64,000 bases of DNA from positions 33,961 to 97,960 of the forward strand of contig CAYUCL010000003.1 in NCBI GenBank assembly GCA_964443325.1, in the 5' to 3' direction. The translations under genes and the position numbers were made by a program. The stretch comes from an uncultured Dehalococcoidales bacterium. Its GTDB lineage: Bacteria; Chloroflexota; Dehalococcoidia; E44-bin15. The notes beneath the pieces were generated by a model that saw only the letters and a program-made list of their open reading frames with translations, was not told the origin of the DNA and did not search any database. This document shows, piece by piece, positions 1 to 9,675 of the stretch (within the stretch, counting starts at the first letter, position 1; every line of letters begins with the position of its first letter).

Positions 1-594
1 GCTCCTGACGATGTACGCTGCCGGAAGGCCCAACACCAACACCATCACGCCTATGACTATCGATGCCGTACGCCAGCCGAAGTTGGTGATAAGCAAAGCC
101 AGCAAAGGCACCATTGCGGCACCACCCAAACCACCACCCGTGGTGATGAATGAGAGGGCACGGCTTCTCCTCTTGATGAACCAGTTCGCTGTGGCGGTAG
201 TTGTGGCATGGAAGAAGCCGGTTTCGAAACCCATGGTGACAAGGAGCCCAAAGATGAGGTAGAGACTCAGCACACTATTGACCGTACTAAGGGCCATAAA
301 CCCGATGCCGGTAAGGGTTACACCGATGAATATCAGCTTTCTGGCGCCGAATTTGTCAATCAGCCATCCAATGATGGGCCCCTCGATGCCCCCTTCTAAC
401 CTGGACAACGAATAGGCGCCAGACGTAATCGCCCTTGACCAGCCGAACTCGGCAACCATCGGGTTGAAAAAGGCGCTGAATCCGTAAAATACTGAACCTA
501 TGCCTAGAAAATAAAGGAAGCTGCCGGCGGCAACGACCCACCAGCCGTAGAAGACTCTCTTCGGTCTTGAGGCGAGTTCCTTTATGGTATTCAT
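1..594 (-). CDS. MFS transporter, OFA (oxalate/formate antiporter-like) family, N-terminal part; paralog of the 738..2075 gene. The gene runs off the window start.
   Basis: Reverse-strand translation from the ATG at 594 gives MNTIKELASRPKRVFYGWWVVAAGSFLYFLGIGSVFYGFSAFFNPMVAEFGWSRAITS..., closely matching the N-terminus of the 738..2075 protein (MNVITQIKARTNKVFYGWWIVAAGSSLYFLGIG...). No stop codon was met in the stretch translated (594 down to about 421); the ORF track does not list it. Confidence 0.55.
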   Translation of the reverse strand, partial: MNTIKELASRPKRVFYGWWVVAAGSFLYFLGIGSVFYGFSAFFNPMVAEFGWSRAITSGAYSLSRLEGGIEGPIIGWLIDKFGARKLIFIGVTLTGIGFMALSTVNSVLSLYLIFGLLVTMGFETGFFHATTTATANWFIKRRSRALSFITTGGGLGGAAMVPLLALLITNFGWRTASIVIGVMVLVLGLPAAYIVRS

Positions 595-737
595 CTAGAT
601 TGAGTGCTATTCCCTCCGTATGAGACGCATCATCCTTTCTGCAACTGCGAGATTTCACATGCAGCCCAAAAACCAGATTCCCTTACCGTCGCATCTCACC
701 GCGCAGCCTACTATGGTTACAGGAATAGTGTGCACAT

Positions 738-2075
738 TCACACTGGTCTTATACCCGTAGGTGCATCGGTAATGCTCGATGTCCGCTTCGGAAACCTTAC
801 AAGGAGGAATGCCAATCCTGACAAACTAACCAGCCCTATGAAGGCATAGAAGGCTATGCTGTAGCTGCCTGTGGTATCGTATATGTATCCAGCAAACACC
901 GGCGCGGCCACAGTGGCAATGGCGGTAAAAAACGATGTTAGTCCGCCCATAGTGGCGAATATCTTGCGCCCGAAAAGCTGTCCTCTGAGCGCTATCGTCA
1001 GCGGGATCGCCCCCCCATAACCAACACCGTAGACTGCTACAAACACGTATGCCGTCCAGAGGCTGTCAACGTTGATAAGGATCCATATTCCTGCTGCCTG
1101 AAGCGCTGATGAGACAAGCAGCAGCAGTCTCTTGTCAAATATGTCGCCCAGCCAGCCGAACAGAATCCTACCCGGAACACTTATGAGAACCATCGTGCCG
1201 AGAACAGCAGACGCAGCGGTGTAGGAGATCCCGACGTCAACCAGGTGAGGTATCTGGTGCACCACCAACGCGCTAAGGATGCAGGCACGTAGCATCATGG
1301 CGGGCATATAGGTCCAAAATGCAGTGCTTTTCAGGGCCTGCCTAACAGTGAGATTGATCTCGTCTTCCGGCATAGCCACCGATGATTGCCCTTCCACCTC
1401 AGCGGGAACCGCCTCAGGCCCCGCTTGTGGGCCTTTAGGAACCATAGCGCCGTCAGGCAGCATGCCTTTATCTTCCGGCCTGCTCCTCATCACATAGGCT
1501 AATGGAAGGCCGCCTATCAATAGCACCACACCGATGATTACACCGGCCAAACGCCAGCCATACTGAGTGATGAGGAAAGCGAGTAAGTTCACCATGACGA
1601 ACCCACCCAAACCCCCGCCAACGGTGATGAAGGCTAGGGCACGGCTTCTCTTTCTAATAAACCAGTTAGCAGCGGCGGTAGTGGTGGCATGGAAGAAACC
1701 AGTGTTGTACCCCATAGATATGAGGAGCCCGAAAATGAGGTAGAGGCTCAAGGTGTTGCTGATTGCAGGTAGACATATATACCCGATGCCGGCAAGTATT
1801 ACGCCAATGAATATCAGCTTCCTTGCCCCAAACTTGTCTATCAATGGCCCAATGATTGGCCCTTCAATGCCACCCTCCAGCCGAGAGAGTGAATAAGCGC
1901 CAGAGGTGGCTGCCCTCGACCAGCCGAACTCGGCAACCATTGGGTTGAAGAAGGTATTGAATCCATAGAAGATCGAACCTATGCCGAGGAAATAGAGGGA
2001 ACTACCTGCTGCGACGATCCACCAACCATAGAAGACCTTATTCGTTCTTGCCTTAATCTGTGTGATCACATTCAT
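738..2075 (-). CDS. MFS transporter, OFA family (12 TM predicted)
   Basis: 445-aa hydrophobic ORF. The N-terminal YGWWIVAAGSSLYFLG motif and the central cytoplasmic loop are typical of OFA-type MFS. It sits in tandem with the partial paralog at 1..594. Confidence 0.7.
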   Translation of the reverse strand: MNVITQIKARTNKVFYGWWIVAAGSSLYFLGIGSIFYGFNTFFNPMVAEFGWSRAATSGAYSLSRLEGGIEGPIIGPLIDKFGARKLIFIGVILAGIGYICLPAISNTLSLYLIFGLLISMGYNTGFFHATTTAAANWFIRKRSRALAFITVGGGLGGFVMVNLLAFLITQYGWRLAGVIIGVVLLIGGLPLAYVMRSRPEDKGMLPDGAMVPKGPQAGPEAVPAEVEGQSSVAMPEDEINLTVRQALKSTAFWTYMPAMMLRACILSALVVHQIPHLVDVGISYTAASAVLGTMVLISVPGRILFGWLGDIFDKRLLLLVSSALQAAGIWILINVDSLWTAYVFVAVYGVGYGGAIPLTIALRGQLFGRKIFATMGGLTSFFTAIATVAAPVFAGYIYDTTGSYSIAFYAFIGLVSLSGLAFLLVRFPKRTSSITDAPTGIRPV

Positions 2076-2459
2076 TGGATATATCTTATAGAAGGCGATG
2101 GGCGCCTTGCAAACAAGGGGCGGAGCCCGTCGTCCGAATCAGGCACCGCCCCTTCTATTTTAGATAATATCAGCTCTGAGGTCACAAATCAACACCACGC
2201 ATTTATTGAATTAGGCCCCAGACGGTGATGAAGGAAAACCAAGCACAGTATGTCAGACGACACACATTATACAGCTACGCTGCCTTTGGCACTCGGCACA
2301 CGACCAGCCTAATGTCTCGGCTTTAAACACAGTAAAGACACAATGTGGTAAACTTGCAGGAAAGGGTGAAGCAGCTAATATAAGCCCGTACCATTCAAAG
2401 TTTCCATGCGCTTTGCCCCTTGCTTATCGCCCTGTAGAATACCCAAAGGAGGAATGTAA

Positions 2460-3311
2460 GTGATGTATGAGACCATACTTTACGAGAAAAAAGGCAAGAT
2501 AACAACGATTACGCTCAACCGGCCAGAAAGAATGAATGCTATCCTCCCCTTCGTCACGCCCAAAGAACTGGAGTCAGCGGTCGGCGAGGCCAATGCAGAT
2601 CCCGATGTACATGTGATAATCCTCAAAGGTGCGGGGGGGTCGTTCTGTGCTGGCTTCGACATGGAGTTTGTTGCTGACCAGCCCGGTCCGGCTACCGACG
2701 AACCTTGGGATCCGTACCGGGACTTAATGTGGACAACATCCACCTGCGCCAGTTGGATGAGCATGTGGCGAGGCTCAAAGCCGGTTATCGCCCAGGTACA
2801 TGGCTGGTGCGTGGGAGGCGGCACTGATATGGCTCTGTGCTGCGACATCATCATTGCTGCCGAAGACGCCTATTTCGGTTACCCCCCAGCCCGGGTCTGG
2901 GGCTCGCCAACCAGCTTCATGTGGGTCTACAGGCTGGGTGCGAGCTGGGCCAAGTACTTGATGCTCACCGGCGATGCAGTAGATGGCAAAACGGCAGAGC
3001 GCATCGGCCTCATCCTCAGGGCCGTTCCCGCCAACAGGCTGGAGGATGAAGTGCTGTCTCTTGCTCAGCGGATGGCCCAGATCCCGCTGTCTCAACTTGT
3101 TACCATGAAGCTCATCGTTAACCAAGCCTACGATAACATGGGGCTCGTCAGCACCCAACTGCTAGGATGCATGGCTGATGGAGCCATGCGGCATACAGCG
3201 GAAGGGTTGGCCTTTACCAAATCGCTCATGGAGAGAGGTATGGCAGCCACGATCGCCGAGCGAGACGCCCCTCATCACGACTACAGTCAGCGTCCCAAGC
3301 GCAAGTCGTAA
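2460..3311 (+). CDS. enoyl-CoA hydratase/isomerase (crotonase superfamily)
   Basis: ITLNRPERMNAI and FCAGFDM oxyanion-hole motifs. RBS AAGGAGG lies 7-10 nt upstream. Confidence 0.8.
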   Translation: MMYETILYEKKGKITTITLNRPERMNAILPFVTPKELESAVGEANADPDVHVIILKGAGGSFCAGFDMEFVADQPGPATDEPWDPYRDLMWTTSTCASWMSMWRGSKPVIAQVHGWCVGGGTDMALCCDIIIAAEDAYFGYPPARVWGSPTSFMWVYRLGASWAKYLMLTGDAVDGKTAERIGLILRAVPANRLEDEVLSLAQRMAQIPLSQLVTMKLIVNQAYDNMGLVSTQLLGCMADGAMRHTAEGLAFTKSLMERGMAATIAERDAPHHDYSQRPKRKS

Positions 3312-3402
3312 GTCAAGGGACATATCGTAAAGTAGCCTTGGAAGGCATTAGATCCTTGGCAAAAATTAGCAAGGGCGCTAACCTTGCAAAGGAGAAAACA
3401 AC

Positions 3403-4251
3403 ATGGCAAAGGTCACCTACGAGAGACGAGGCAACATATTCCATATCACCATCAACCGCCCTGAGGTTCGCAATGCGGTCGACCCTGAGACCGGAGCTTT
3501 GATTACACAGGCCTACCTCGCTTTCCGTGATGACGACGATGCCTTGGTCAGCATCATCACTGGCGCTGGCAACGAGGCATTTTGTGCTGGTGCGGACTTA
3601 AAGGCGCTCTCAAAATTACCGCCAGACCGCCCCCTCGGTTTGGCCAGAGACGTGGACAAAGCCAGAACCGATATATACAACAACCTGGGCTTCATGGGCT
3701 ACACCCGAGGGGTAGATATCTTCAAACCCACCATCGCAGCTATCAACGGCTGGTGTGTAGCCGGCGGTCTTGAGCTTGCCACCTGGTGTGACCTGCGAAT
3801 CGCCGCAGACAACGCCAAGTTCGGTGTCCTCAACCGGCGCTTCAATGTCCCTCTGGTCGATGGTCTAACGGTTCGCCTTCCTCGTATTATCGGACTGGGG
3901 CGCGCCATGGACATGATTATTACTGGCAGAGTGATCGACGCTCAAGAGGCGCTACAATTCGGCCTGGTGAGCGCTGTAGCCCCCAGGGATAAGCTCATGG
4001 AACGAGCGACACAAACCGCCAAACAGATATGTGAGTATCCCCAGGGGTCTATCCGCACCGATAAAGAGTCCGTCCTGCGCAGCTACGGACACACCCTTAC
4101 CGAGGCCTATCTTATAGAAGCCGAATTGGGGGCCTTGACTCAAATTCGGGGTATCAACAGCCAGACAGGGGCAACTGCCTTTGCCGAGGGTAAGATTGGC
4201 CGACATGGCCACCGCACCACCGGCCATAAGTGGGACCGGCACGGATTGTAG
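3403..4251 (+). CDS. enoyl-CoA hydratase/isomerase (crotonase superfamily)
   Basis: ITINRPEVRNAV, FCAGADLKAL and GWCVAGGLELA motifs. Confidence 0.8.
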   Translation: MAKVTYERRGNIFHITINRPEVRNAVDPETGALITQAYLAFRDDDDALVSIITGAGNEAFCAGADLKALSKLPPDRPLGLARDVDKARTDIYNNLGFMGYTRGVDIFKPTIAAINGWCVAGGLELATWCDLRIAADNAKFGVLNRRFNVPLVDGLTVRLPRIIGLGRAMDMIITGRVIDAQEALQFGLVSAVAPRDKLMERATQTAKQICEYPQGSIRTDKESVLRSYGHTLTEAYLIEAELGALTQIRGINSQTGATAFAEGKIGRHGHRTTGHKWDRHGL

Positions 4252-4402
4252 CCTAGACACAAGGGGCCGACAGGTCTACGAACAAGACAACCTTACCATG
4301 CCAGACACAGCCTCCCTTGGGCGTCGACACCCAAATCCACATGCCCGCAGGCTCTATTGCCAAGCCACTGGGTGTGCTATTTCCTGCTGCCGACTGTTAA
4401 CC

Positions 4403-5380
4403 TCAGCTTCGTTCACGGTACAGCGCAGCGAGGTCAGATAGCGTATCCAGGTCGTTTTCTTCAGTAAAATCAGGCCACGACACCAGAACGTACGTGTTGT
4501 TATTCCATATCGGGTCGAGCCACATAATGTTGTTTTGTTCCTCGTCCTCATCCTTTACAAGTTGGTAGAGCTCACTGTTACTGGTAGGCTCGTACGAGTG
4601 CCCCATGTGTGTCATGTACCCTGTTCCGGTGTACTCAGCGCAGATATCAATGTCGCCGGCCTCCATTCCCTGCCGCAGAGTCGTAGTTGAGATGTCTGAG
4701 ACCAGATTAACTGTGAAGCCCCGGTCCTCCAGCAACTGCTTCATCATCTGACCAATGATGTACTGTTCGGTGAAGTTCTTGTTTCCTATGATAACTGTGC
4801 CGACCGTGGTCGCAGCTTCACCCGTGAGCAACTCCTTGTCCTCTAGGTAGCTCTGCGCAACCTCGTCTGGCTCCAACTTATCGATATCCACTTCCGCATT
4901 TAGTCCCTGCCACACACTCTGACAATCACTGATTATCTGCGCTGTCGCGTCCTGACCTCCGCCGGGAAAGGTTGCTACCAGCTCGTTCAAGATGTCCTCA
5001 AGCTCGGGATACTGGTCAAGTACATCCCCACGTACGTTGGGAGCGAGGTCATACGGGGGCCAGAACGACTTATCATCCGAGTAAACGTGCCATCCGTTCT
5101 CCGATATGGCCGCATCAGTCCCGAAAGCCATGGCTACATCACATTGATGGTTCTCCAGACCCAGTAGTGAGGCTCCGGGCGCGCCGGTCATCAGGCAGCC
5201 CTCCTCTACGTTGAAGTCATACGTCTGCTCAAGAGCGGGAAGTCCATCAGGGCGAGTAGAGAATTCGAAGCCAACATACATTTTGATTCCCTGCCCACAT
5301 CCTGCCCCGCAAGACACAGCCGTCATTAGCAGCGTGACAGCCAGCAACACCACTGTCGCCGCAGCAATCGTCTTTCTCAT
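4403..5380 (-). CDS. glycine betaine/choline-type ABC transporter substrate-binding lipoprotein (OpuAC/ProX family)
   Basis: Start reassigned to the internal Met (MRKTIAAATVVLLAVTLLMTAVSCG), which has a lipobox (AVSCG) and an AGGAGG RBS. The remaining sequence is typical of quaternary-amine binding proteins. Last gene of a four-gene minus-strand transporter cluster. Confidence 0.7.
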   Translation of the reverse strand: MRKTIAAATVVLLAVTLLMTAVSCGAGCGQGIKMYVGFEFSTRPDGLPALEQTYDFNVEEGCLMTGAPGASLLGLENHQCDVAMAFGTDAAISENGWHVYSDDKSFWPPYDLAPNVRGDVLDQYPELEDILNELVATFPGGGQDATAQIISDCQSVWQGLNAEVDIDKLEPDEVAQSYLEDKELLTGEAATTVGTVIIGNKNFTEQYIIGQMMKQLLEDRGFTVNLVSDISTTTLRQGMEAGDIDICAEYTGTGYMTHMGHSYEPTSNSELYQLVKDEDEEQNNIMWLDPIWNNNTYVLVSWPDFTEENDLDTLSDLAALYRERS

Positions 5381-5457
5381 TTCGTCCTCCTTATCTTTCC
5401 TGAATCCTGCCTCTCTGCCTCCATCGACAGCATATCCGCTCATATATTCTCCAGCTA

Positions 5458-6195
5458 TCACCCCCCTTGTTTAGTTTGCCCTTCGACTCTCAGGCCTCGC
5501 GGTGTTACCCACTTCTCAATCTGCTCCAACAGGAACCCAAGCGTAATCGCCATGAGCGCTGTAGGTGCCGCTCCCTGGAGTATCAGTAGCGGCTGGGAAG
5601 CCAATACACCCGTAAAGGTTATCCGACCCAACCCCTTGCCACCAACGAGAACAGCCAGTTCCGCCGTACCTACTGTTATAATGGTGCAAAGTCTGATACC
5701 AGCCATTATTACCGGCCTTGCTAAGGGCAACTCGATTTTTCGTGCGATTTGCCACCTGCTCATCCCCATGCCCTTCGCTGCTTCGATTACCGCCAGGTCG
5801 ATGTTGCTTATGCTGACATAGGAGTTCCTCACTATCGGCAATAACCCATATATAACAAGCGCTACAACCGCCGATTGCAAACCAAAACCCAGTAGCGGCG
5901 CCATGATAGCGATGATCGCCAGGCTGGGTATGCTCTGTCCTATATTGGCTCCTCCTATTACCGGGGCCGCCAGTTTCGTCAACCCTGGCCGGGTAACCAA
6001 ACCCCCCAGTGGCACCCCTATGATCGTAGCTATCAGGACAGCCATAAACACCATTTGCAGGTGGTTCCCCGCTTCGCTGAATATGTCTCCCCAGGTGAAG
6101 ACGTCGAAAATCCCTACCTTCTCCAGGCTTGTGATCCAGATGGTCAAGCCAATGAGAACCACTGAGAAAACGAGATAGACAACAAACCGTCTCAT
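5458..6195 (-). CDS. ABC transporter permease (OpuBB/OpuCB-like)
   Basis: Polytopic membrane ORF with the EAA-like loop of binding-protein-dependent permeases. ATGA overlap with the ATPase gene. Confidence 0.8.
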   Translation of the reverse strand: MRRFVVYLVFSVVLIGLTIWITSLEKVGIFDVFTWGDIFSEAGNHLQMVFMAVLIATIIGVPLGGLVTRPGLTKLAAPVIGGANIGQSIPSLAIIAIMAPLLGFGLQSAVVALVIYGLLPIVRNSYVSISNIDLAVIEAAKGMGMSRWQIARKIELPLARPVIMAGIRLCTIITVGTAELAVLVGGKGLGRITFTGVLASQPLLILQGAAPTALMAITLGFLLEQIEKWVTPRGLRVEGQTKQGG

Positions 6196-7304
6196 TCTGA
6201 CCCACTCTCAGACGCCTCTCTCAATCCTCTACGTATGTCGTCAAAGGACAGCACTCCTCGGAGTCTGTTGTCCTTGCCCACCACAGCTAAGACCATTACA
6301 CCACTGCTCAACATCATAGACAGCGCTTCATTCAGCACCATAGTCTCGCCTGCAACCATGGAGGATGGGGTCACTATGGCACCAGCCGTTGCGTCCTGCT
6401 TCACCTCAGCCTCGCCGACCCATCCAATAAACCTCCCGTTAGCATCTACCACCGCAACCACATCCCTCTTCCCTTCCTTGATAAGTTCATCAGCGCGTTT
6501 CACGTTCTCCTCTGCTTTTATAACCAGCGGAGAGGCATCCATAACCTCCGTCACCCGTATCAATTGCAATCCCTTGAGGGCCCTATCGGCACCGATGAAG
6601 TCTTCCACAAACCTATCCTTTGGTCTGTAAGTCAGATCAGCAGGTGTCCCATACTGCACCAGCCTTCCTTCCTTTAGCAAGGCTACCTTGTCACCCATCT
6701 TGATCGCTTCGTAGATGTCGTGTGTTACGAAGACGATGGTCTTTGATATCTCCTGCTGTATCTTGAGGAACTCGTTCTGCAGGTCTATCCTCGTTATGGG
6801 GTCGATGGCTCCGAACGGTTCATCCATTAGCAATGTTGGCGGGTCCACCGCCAGAGCACGAGCCAGACCGACTCGCTGCCGCTGTCCACCCGACAGTTCG
6901 CTGGGGTACTTGCCGAGCACCTCATCTGGGTCCAATCTGACAAGTCCAAGCAGCTCTCTCGCTCTTTCCCTGCGTTTCACTCTGGCCCAACCCTTTAGTA
7001 CGGAAACTGTTTCTATATTTTGCCCTACGGTCATATGGGGGAAGAGCCCAATCTCTTGAATAGCATAACCGATATTCCTCCGCAGTTCGTTCTCATTCAC
7101 CGTGGTCACATCGACCCCATCCAGGTATATCTTACCGCTTGTTATTGGGATGAGACGATTGATCATTTTCATGGTAGTCGTCTTCCCACAGCCCGACGGC
7201 CCCAGAAGCACGCAGAGTTCGCCTTGCTGAACCTCAAAGCTGACGTCATTGACCGCCTGAGTCCCATCAGGGTAGGCCTTAGTAACGTGCTCCAGCGTAA
7301 TCAT
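6192..7304 (-). CDS. quaternary-amine ABC transporter ATP-binding protein with C-terminal CBS pair (OpuCA/ProV-like)
   Basis: Walker A GPSGCGKTT, signature LSGGQRQRV, Walker B LLMDEP, followed by a roughly 120-aa CBS-domain tail. Confidence 0.85.
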   Translation of the reverse strand: MITLEHVTKAYPDGTQAVNDVSFEVQQGELCVLLGPSGCGKTTTMKMINRLIPITSGKIYLDGVDVTTVNENELRRNIGYAIQEIGLFPHMTVGQNIETVSVLKGWARVKRRERARELLGLVRLDPDEVLGKYPSELSGGQRQRVGLARALAVDPPTLLMDEPFGAIDPITRIDLQNEFLKIQQEISKTIVFVTHDIYEAIKMGDKVALLKEGRLVQYGTPADLTYRPKDRFVEDFIGADRALKGLQLIRVTEVMDASPLVIKAEENVKRADELIKEGKRDVVAVVDANGRFIGWVGEAEVKQDATAGAIVTPSSMVAGETMVLNEALSMMLSSGVMVLAVVGKDNRLRGVLSFDDIRRGLREASESGSE

Positions 7305-7308
7305 GGCG

Positions 7309-7986
7309 CTACCTCTTCTTCAGCCCTTTAGACGTAACGGTACTCTGCACCAGCGCCATGACACCGTCAGTTGCCAACGCGAGAAGGGAGACTGTGACGC
7401 CCCCAATGATAATCAAATCCATCCTGGCATTGCGCAGTCCTCTAAATATAGGTGTCCCCAGCCCACCGGCACCGACGAACACGGCTATTGTTGCGATCCC
7501 GATGAGAAGCATAAGTGAATTCCTAACGCCAGCCATTATCACAGGCAACGCGATTGGGAGCTTTACCCGAAGCAGTATCTGCCTTTCGGTCATCCCCATT
7601 CCCCTGCCAACCTCAATGAGCGCCAAATCAACCTGCCGTATCGCCGTATACGTATTGCGTATGATGGGAAGCTGTCCATAGATAACTAACGCAATAATGG
7701 CTGGGAGAAAACCAATGGATTTCAGCGTCATCGCGGCAAGAACAAGCATAAGCAGCCCAAACAGCGCCAGGCTGGGCACAGTCATCATGATCTCAGCCAA
7801 ATACAGGACGGTCTCCGCTAACCTTTCTCTCCCCCTGCCTGAGATGTATATTCCGACAACAAGGCCCAGAATAAGCGCTATGCTGCCAGCGACGAAGACG
7901 AGCCACACATGCCTGGTGGTCCACTCCGCCAGCAGCTCAGGGTGCCGCACGACGAATTCCCACGCCTCAACGATTGCTTCTAACAT
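7309..7986 (-). CDS. ABC transporter permease (second permease of an OpuC-type system)
   Basis: Paralog of the 5458..6195 permease. First gene of the transporter cluster on the minus strand. Confidence 0.8.
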   Translation of the reverse strand: MLEAIVEAWEFVVRHPELLAEWTTRHVWLVFVAGSIALILGLVVGIYISGRGRERLAETVLYLAEIMMTVPSLALFGLLMLVLAAMTLKSIGFLPAIIALVIYGQLPIIRNTYTAIRQVDLALIEVGRGMGMTERQILLRVKLPIALPVIMAGVRNSLMLLIGIATIAVFVGAGGLGTPIFRGLRNARMDLIIIGGVTVSLLALATDGVMALVQSTVTSKGLKKR

Positions 7987-8207
7987 TTCAGAATCCTGGC
8001 CTAGTTGCCCCCACTAACCGTTGGCTTTCCTTCACGTAGGGGACCTCGCGCTTCCTCGACGATCCCCCTTTCAAATCTACCACCGTTCTTTCAACCCAAT
8101 CCTGCCTCCGGCCACCCACAAGTTGCACCGAATCATATAATTTGTAGAAACGACAGTGCCAAACCGCCGCGAGCTTGTTGGTGTGCCAGCAAAATGTGCG
8201 AGCTCCG

Positions 8208-8720
8208 TCAACCGTCCCTCTCGCCATAGCTGTCATAGCATACTAGCTCGCTGAGTTCCACCCTGCCTTTCTCGGGTGATTCCGCTGCATATCCCAGCGA
8301 AATGAGGGATAAGATCCTTCTATCACGTGGGATGCTCAGGATTTCCTTGGCCCTCTCTTCGTAATCAGAGCCGTAGGAGCCAATCCAGCACGCACCCAGG
8401 TCTAAAGCGTGAGCAGCCAGAAGTATGTTCTGGGTTGCCGCCGCCCCGTCCTCGACAGGATGACTGGAGCCATGTGGGTCAATAACTACGGCGATGCCGA
8501 TAGGAGCTTGAGCAATAAATCTCCCAAAGGGAGCTACGCTTGCCAATTTATTCTTAATCTCTCCATCTCTAATAACTACGAATGTCCAGGGCTGCCTGTT
8601 GCTCGATGAGGGCGCCCACCGACCCGCTTCAAGGATTTGTGTCAGCTTTTCCTCCGGTACCGCTTTGACTTGATACTGCCTGATGCTTCTTCTTTCCCTT
8701 ATAGCCTCAAACACATCCAT
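8208..8720 (-). CDS. nitroreductase family protein (FMN-dependent)
   Basis: RRSIRQY...PSSSNRQPW nitroreductase motifs. The start lies 25 nt downstream of the upstream crotonase gene's stop. Confidence 0.75.
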   Translation of the reverse strand: MDVFEAIRERRSIRQYQVKAVPEEKLTQILEAGRWAPSSSNRQPWTFVVIRDGEIKNKLASVAPFGRFIAQAPIGIAVVIDPHGSSHPVEDGAAATQNILLAAHALDLGACWIGSYGSDYEERAKEILSIPRDRRILSLISLGYAAESPEKGRVELSELVCYDSYGERDG

Positions 8721-8745
8721 GCAAAACCTCCCTAACGCCTGGCTA

Positions 8746-9546
8746 TTACCGCGCCTCGAACTTTGGCTCCCTCTTTTCTAAGAATGCCCTCACCGCTTCG
8801 GCGTGGTCGGCACTGCGAAAGCAAGCATCAAGCCCCATTGTTTCGAACTTCATTTGCGTGCGAATGTCGGTATCCAACCCCTGATATAGACCTCGCTTTG
8901 CCATCTGGATGGCAAATGGAGGCAGTTTGGCAATGTTGCTTGCCATCTCCTGCGTGGCTTGCTTCAGTTCATCCGCTGGCACAAGCTGATTCAACAGGCC
9001 AATCTCATTAGCTTCAGCGGCACCGAATATGCGAGCAGTGAATACCAGCTCGCAAGCCTTGGCAATACCCACGATGCGAGAAAGAGTATAGGTCGACCCA
9101 AACTCGGGGATGATCCCAATCCGAGCAAACACCGCTCCAAAGCGCGCCTTCTCCGAAGCTATCCTTATATCGCAGTGAAGGCTGATGGTCATGCCGCCAC
9201 CGACGGCGACCCCACCGATGGAAGCAATGATCGGCTTCGATACCACTCGCATCTCCTCAACGACGGCCGGTATCGCGTCACGCCTTTCTTGTCGCACGGG
9301 CGCCTCCTCCTCTCTTTTATCTAGCGCCTGAGCAGAATCGCGTAAATCAGCGCCCGACGAGAACGCATCGCCGGCCCCGGTCAAGATAACCACCCTCACC
9401 TCCGGGTCGGCATCCACTTGGCGAAAAGCCTGCGCCAACTCCACCAGCATTGTGCTGGTCATGGCATTGAGTCTGTCGGGCCGATTCATGGTGATGGTTC
9501 CGATCCAGTCCTTCTTTCCCACCAGAAGTGTCTCATAGTTGTTCAT
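8746..9546 (-). CDS. enoyl-CoA hydratase/isomerase (crotonase superfamily)
   Basis: MNNYETLLVGKKDWIGTITMNRPDRLNAM and GAGDAFSSGADL motifs. Confidence 0.8.
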   Translation of the reverse strand: MNNYETLLVGKKDWIGTITMNRPDRLNAMTSTMLVELAQAFRQVDADPEVRVVILTGAGDAFSSGADLRDSAQALDKREEEAPVRQERRDAIPAVVEEMRVVSKPIIASIGGVAVGGGMTISLHCDIRIASEKARFGAVFARIGIIPEFGSTYTLSRIVGIAKACELVFTARIFGAAEANEIGLLNQLVPADELKQATQEMASNIAKLPPFAIQMAKRGLYQGLDTDIRTQMKFETMGLDACFRSADHAEAVRAFLEKREPKFEAR

Positions 9547-9675
9547 TAGAACCTCTCAGTCACTAAATATGCTTAACCACATTTCTCTCAATTGGTAGCA
9601 GTCATGGTTTTTTACTAAAAGCACTTGGTCACATGTTCCGCAGCGCCATTTAAAATGTTCCTCTACAGCACTCTG

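Noticed and set aside
57-658. Small ORFs (57..251, 356..658, 208..399, 11..262) overlapping the partial MFS paralog
   Set aside because: They lie in other frames or on the other strand of a region whose reverse-strand translation is a clean MFS homologue. These are shadow ORFs.
2115-2155. Hairpin AAGGGGCGG-N23-CCGCCCCTT followed by CTATTTT, considered as a terminator
   Set aside because: It lies in a divergent promoter region with no upstream plus-strand gene to terminate. It also has a very large loop and no U-tract on the minus strand.
5516-6205. 229-aa ORF on the minus strand in another frame of the permease gene, and similar long antisense/alternate-frame ORFs (for example 6235..6630, 7358..7681, 36648..37088, 47965..48894)
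   Set aside because: These are overlapping frames of confidently assigned genes with biased, low-complexity translations. They are typical GC-rich shadow ORFs.
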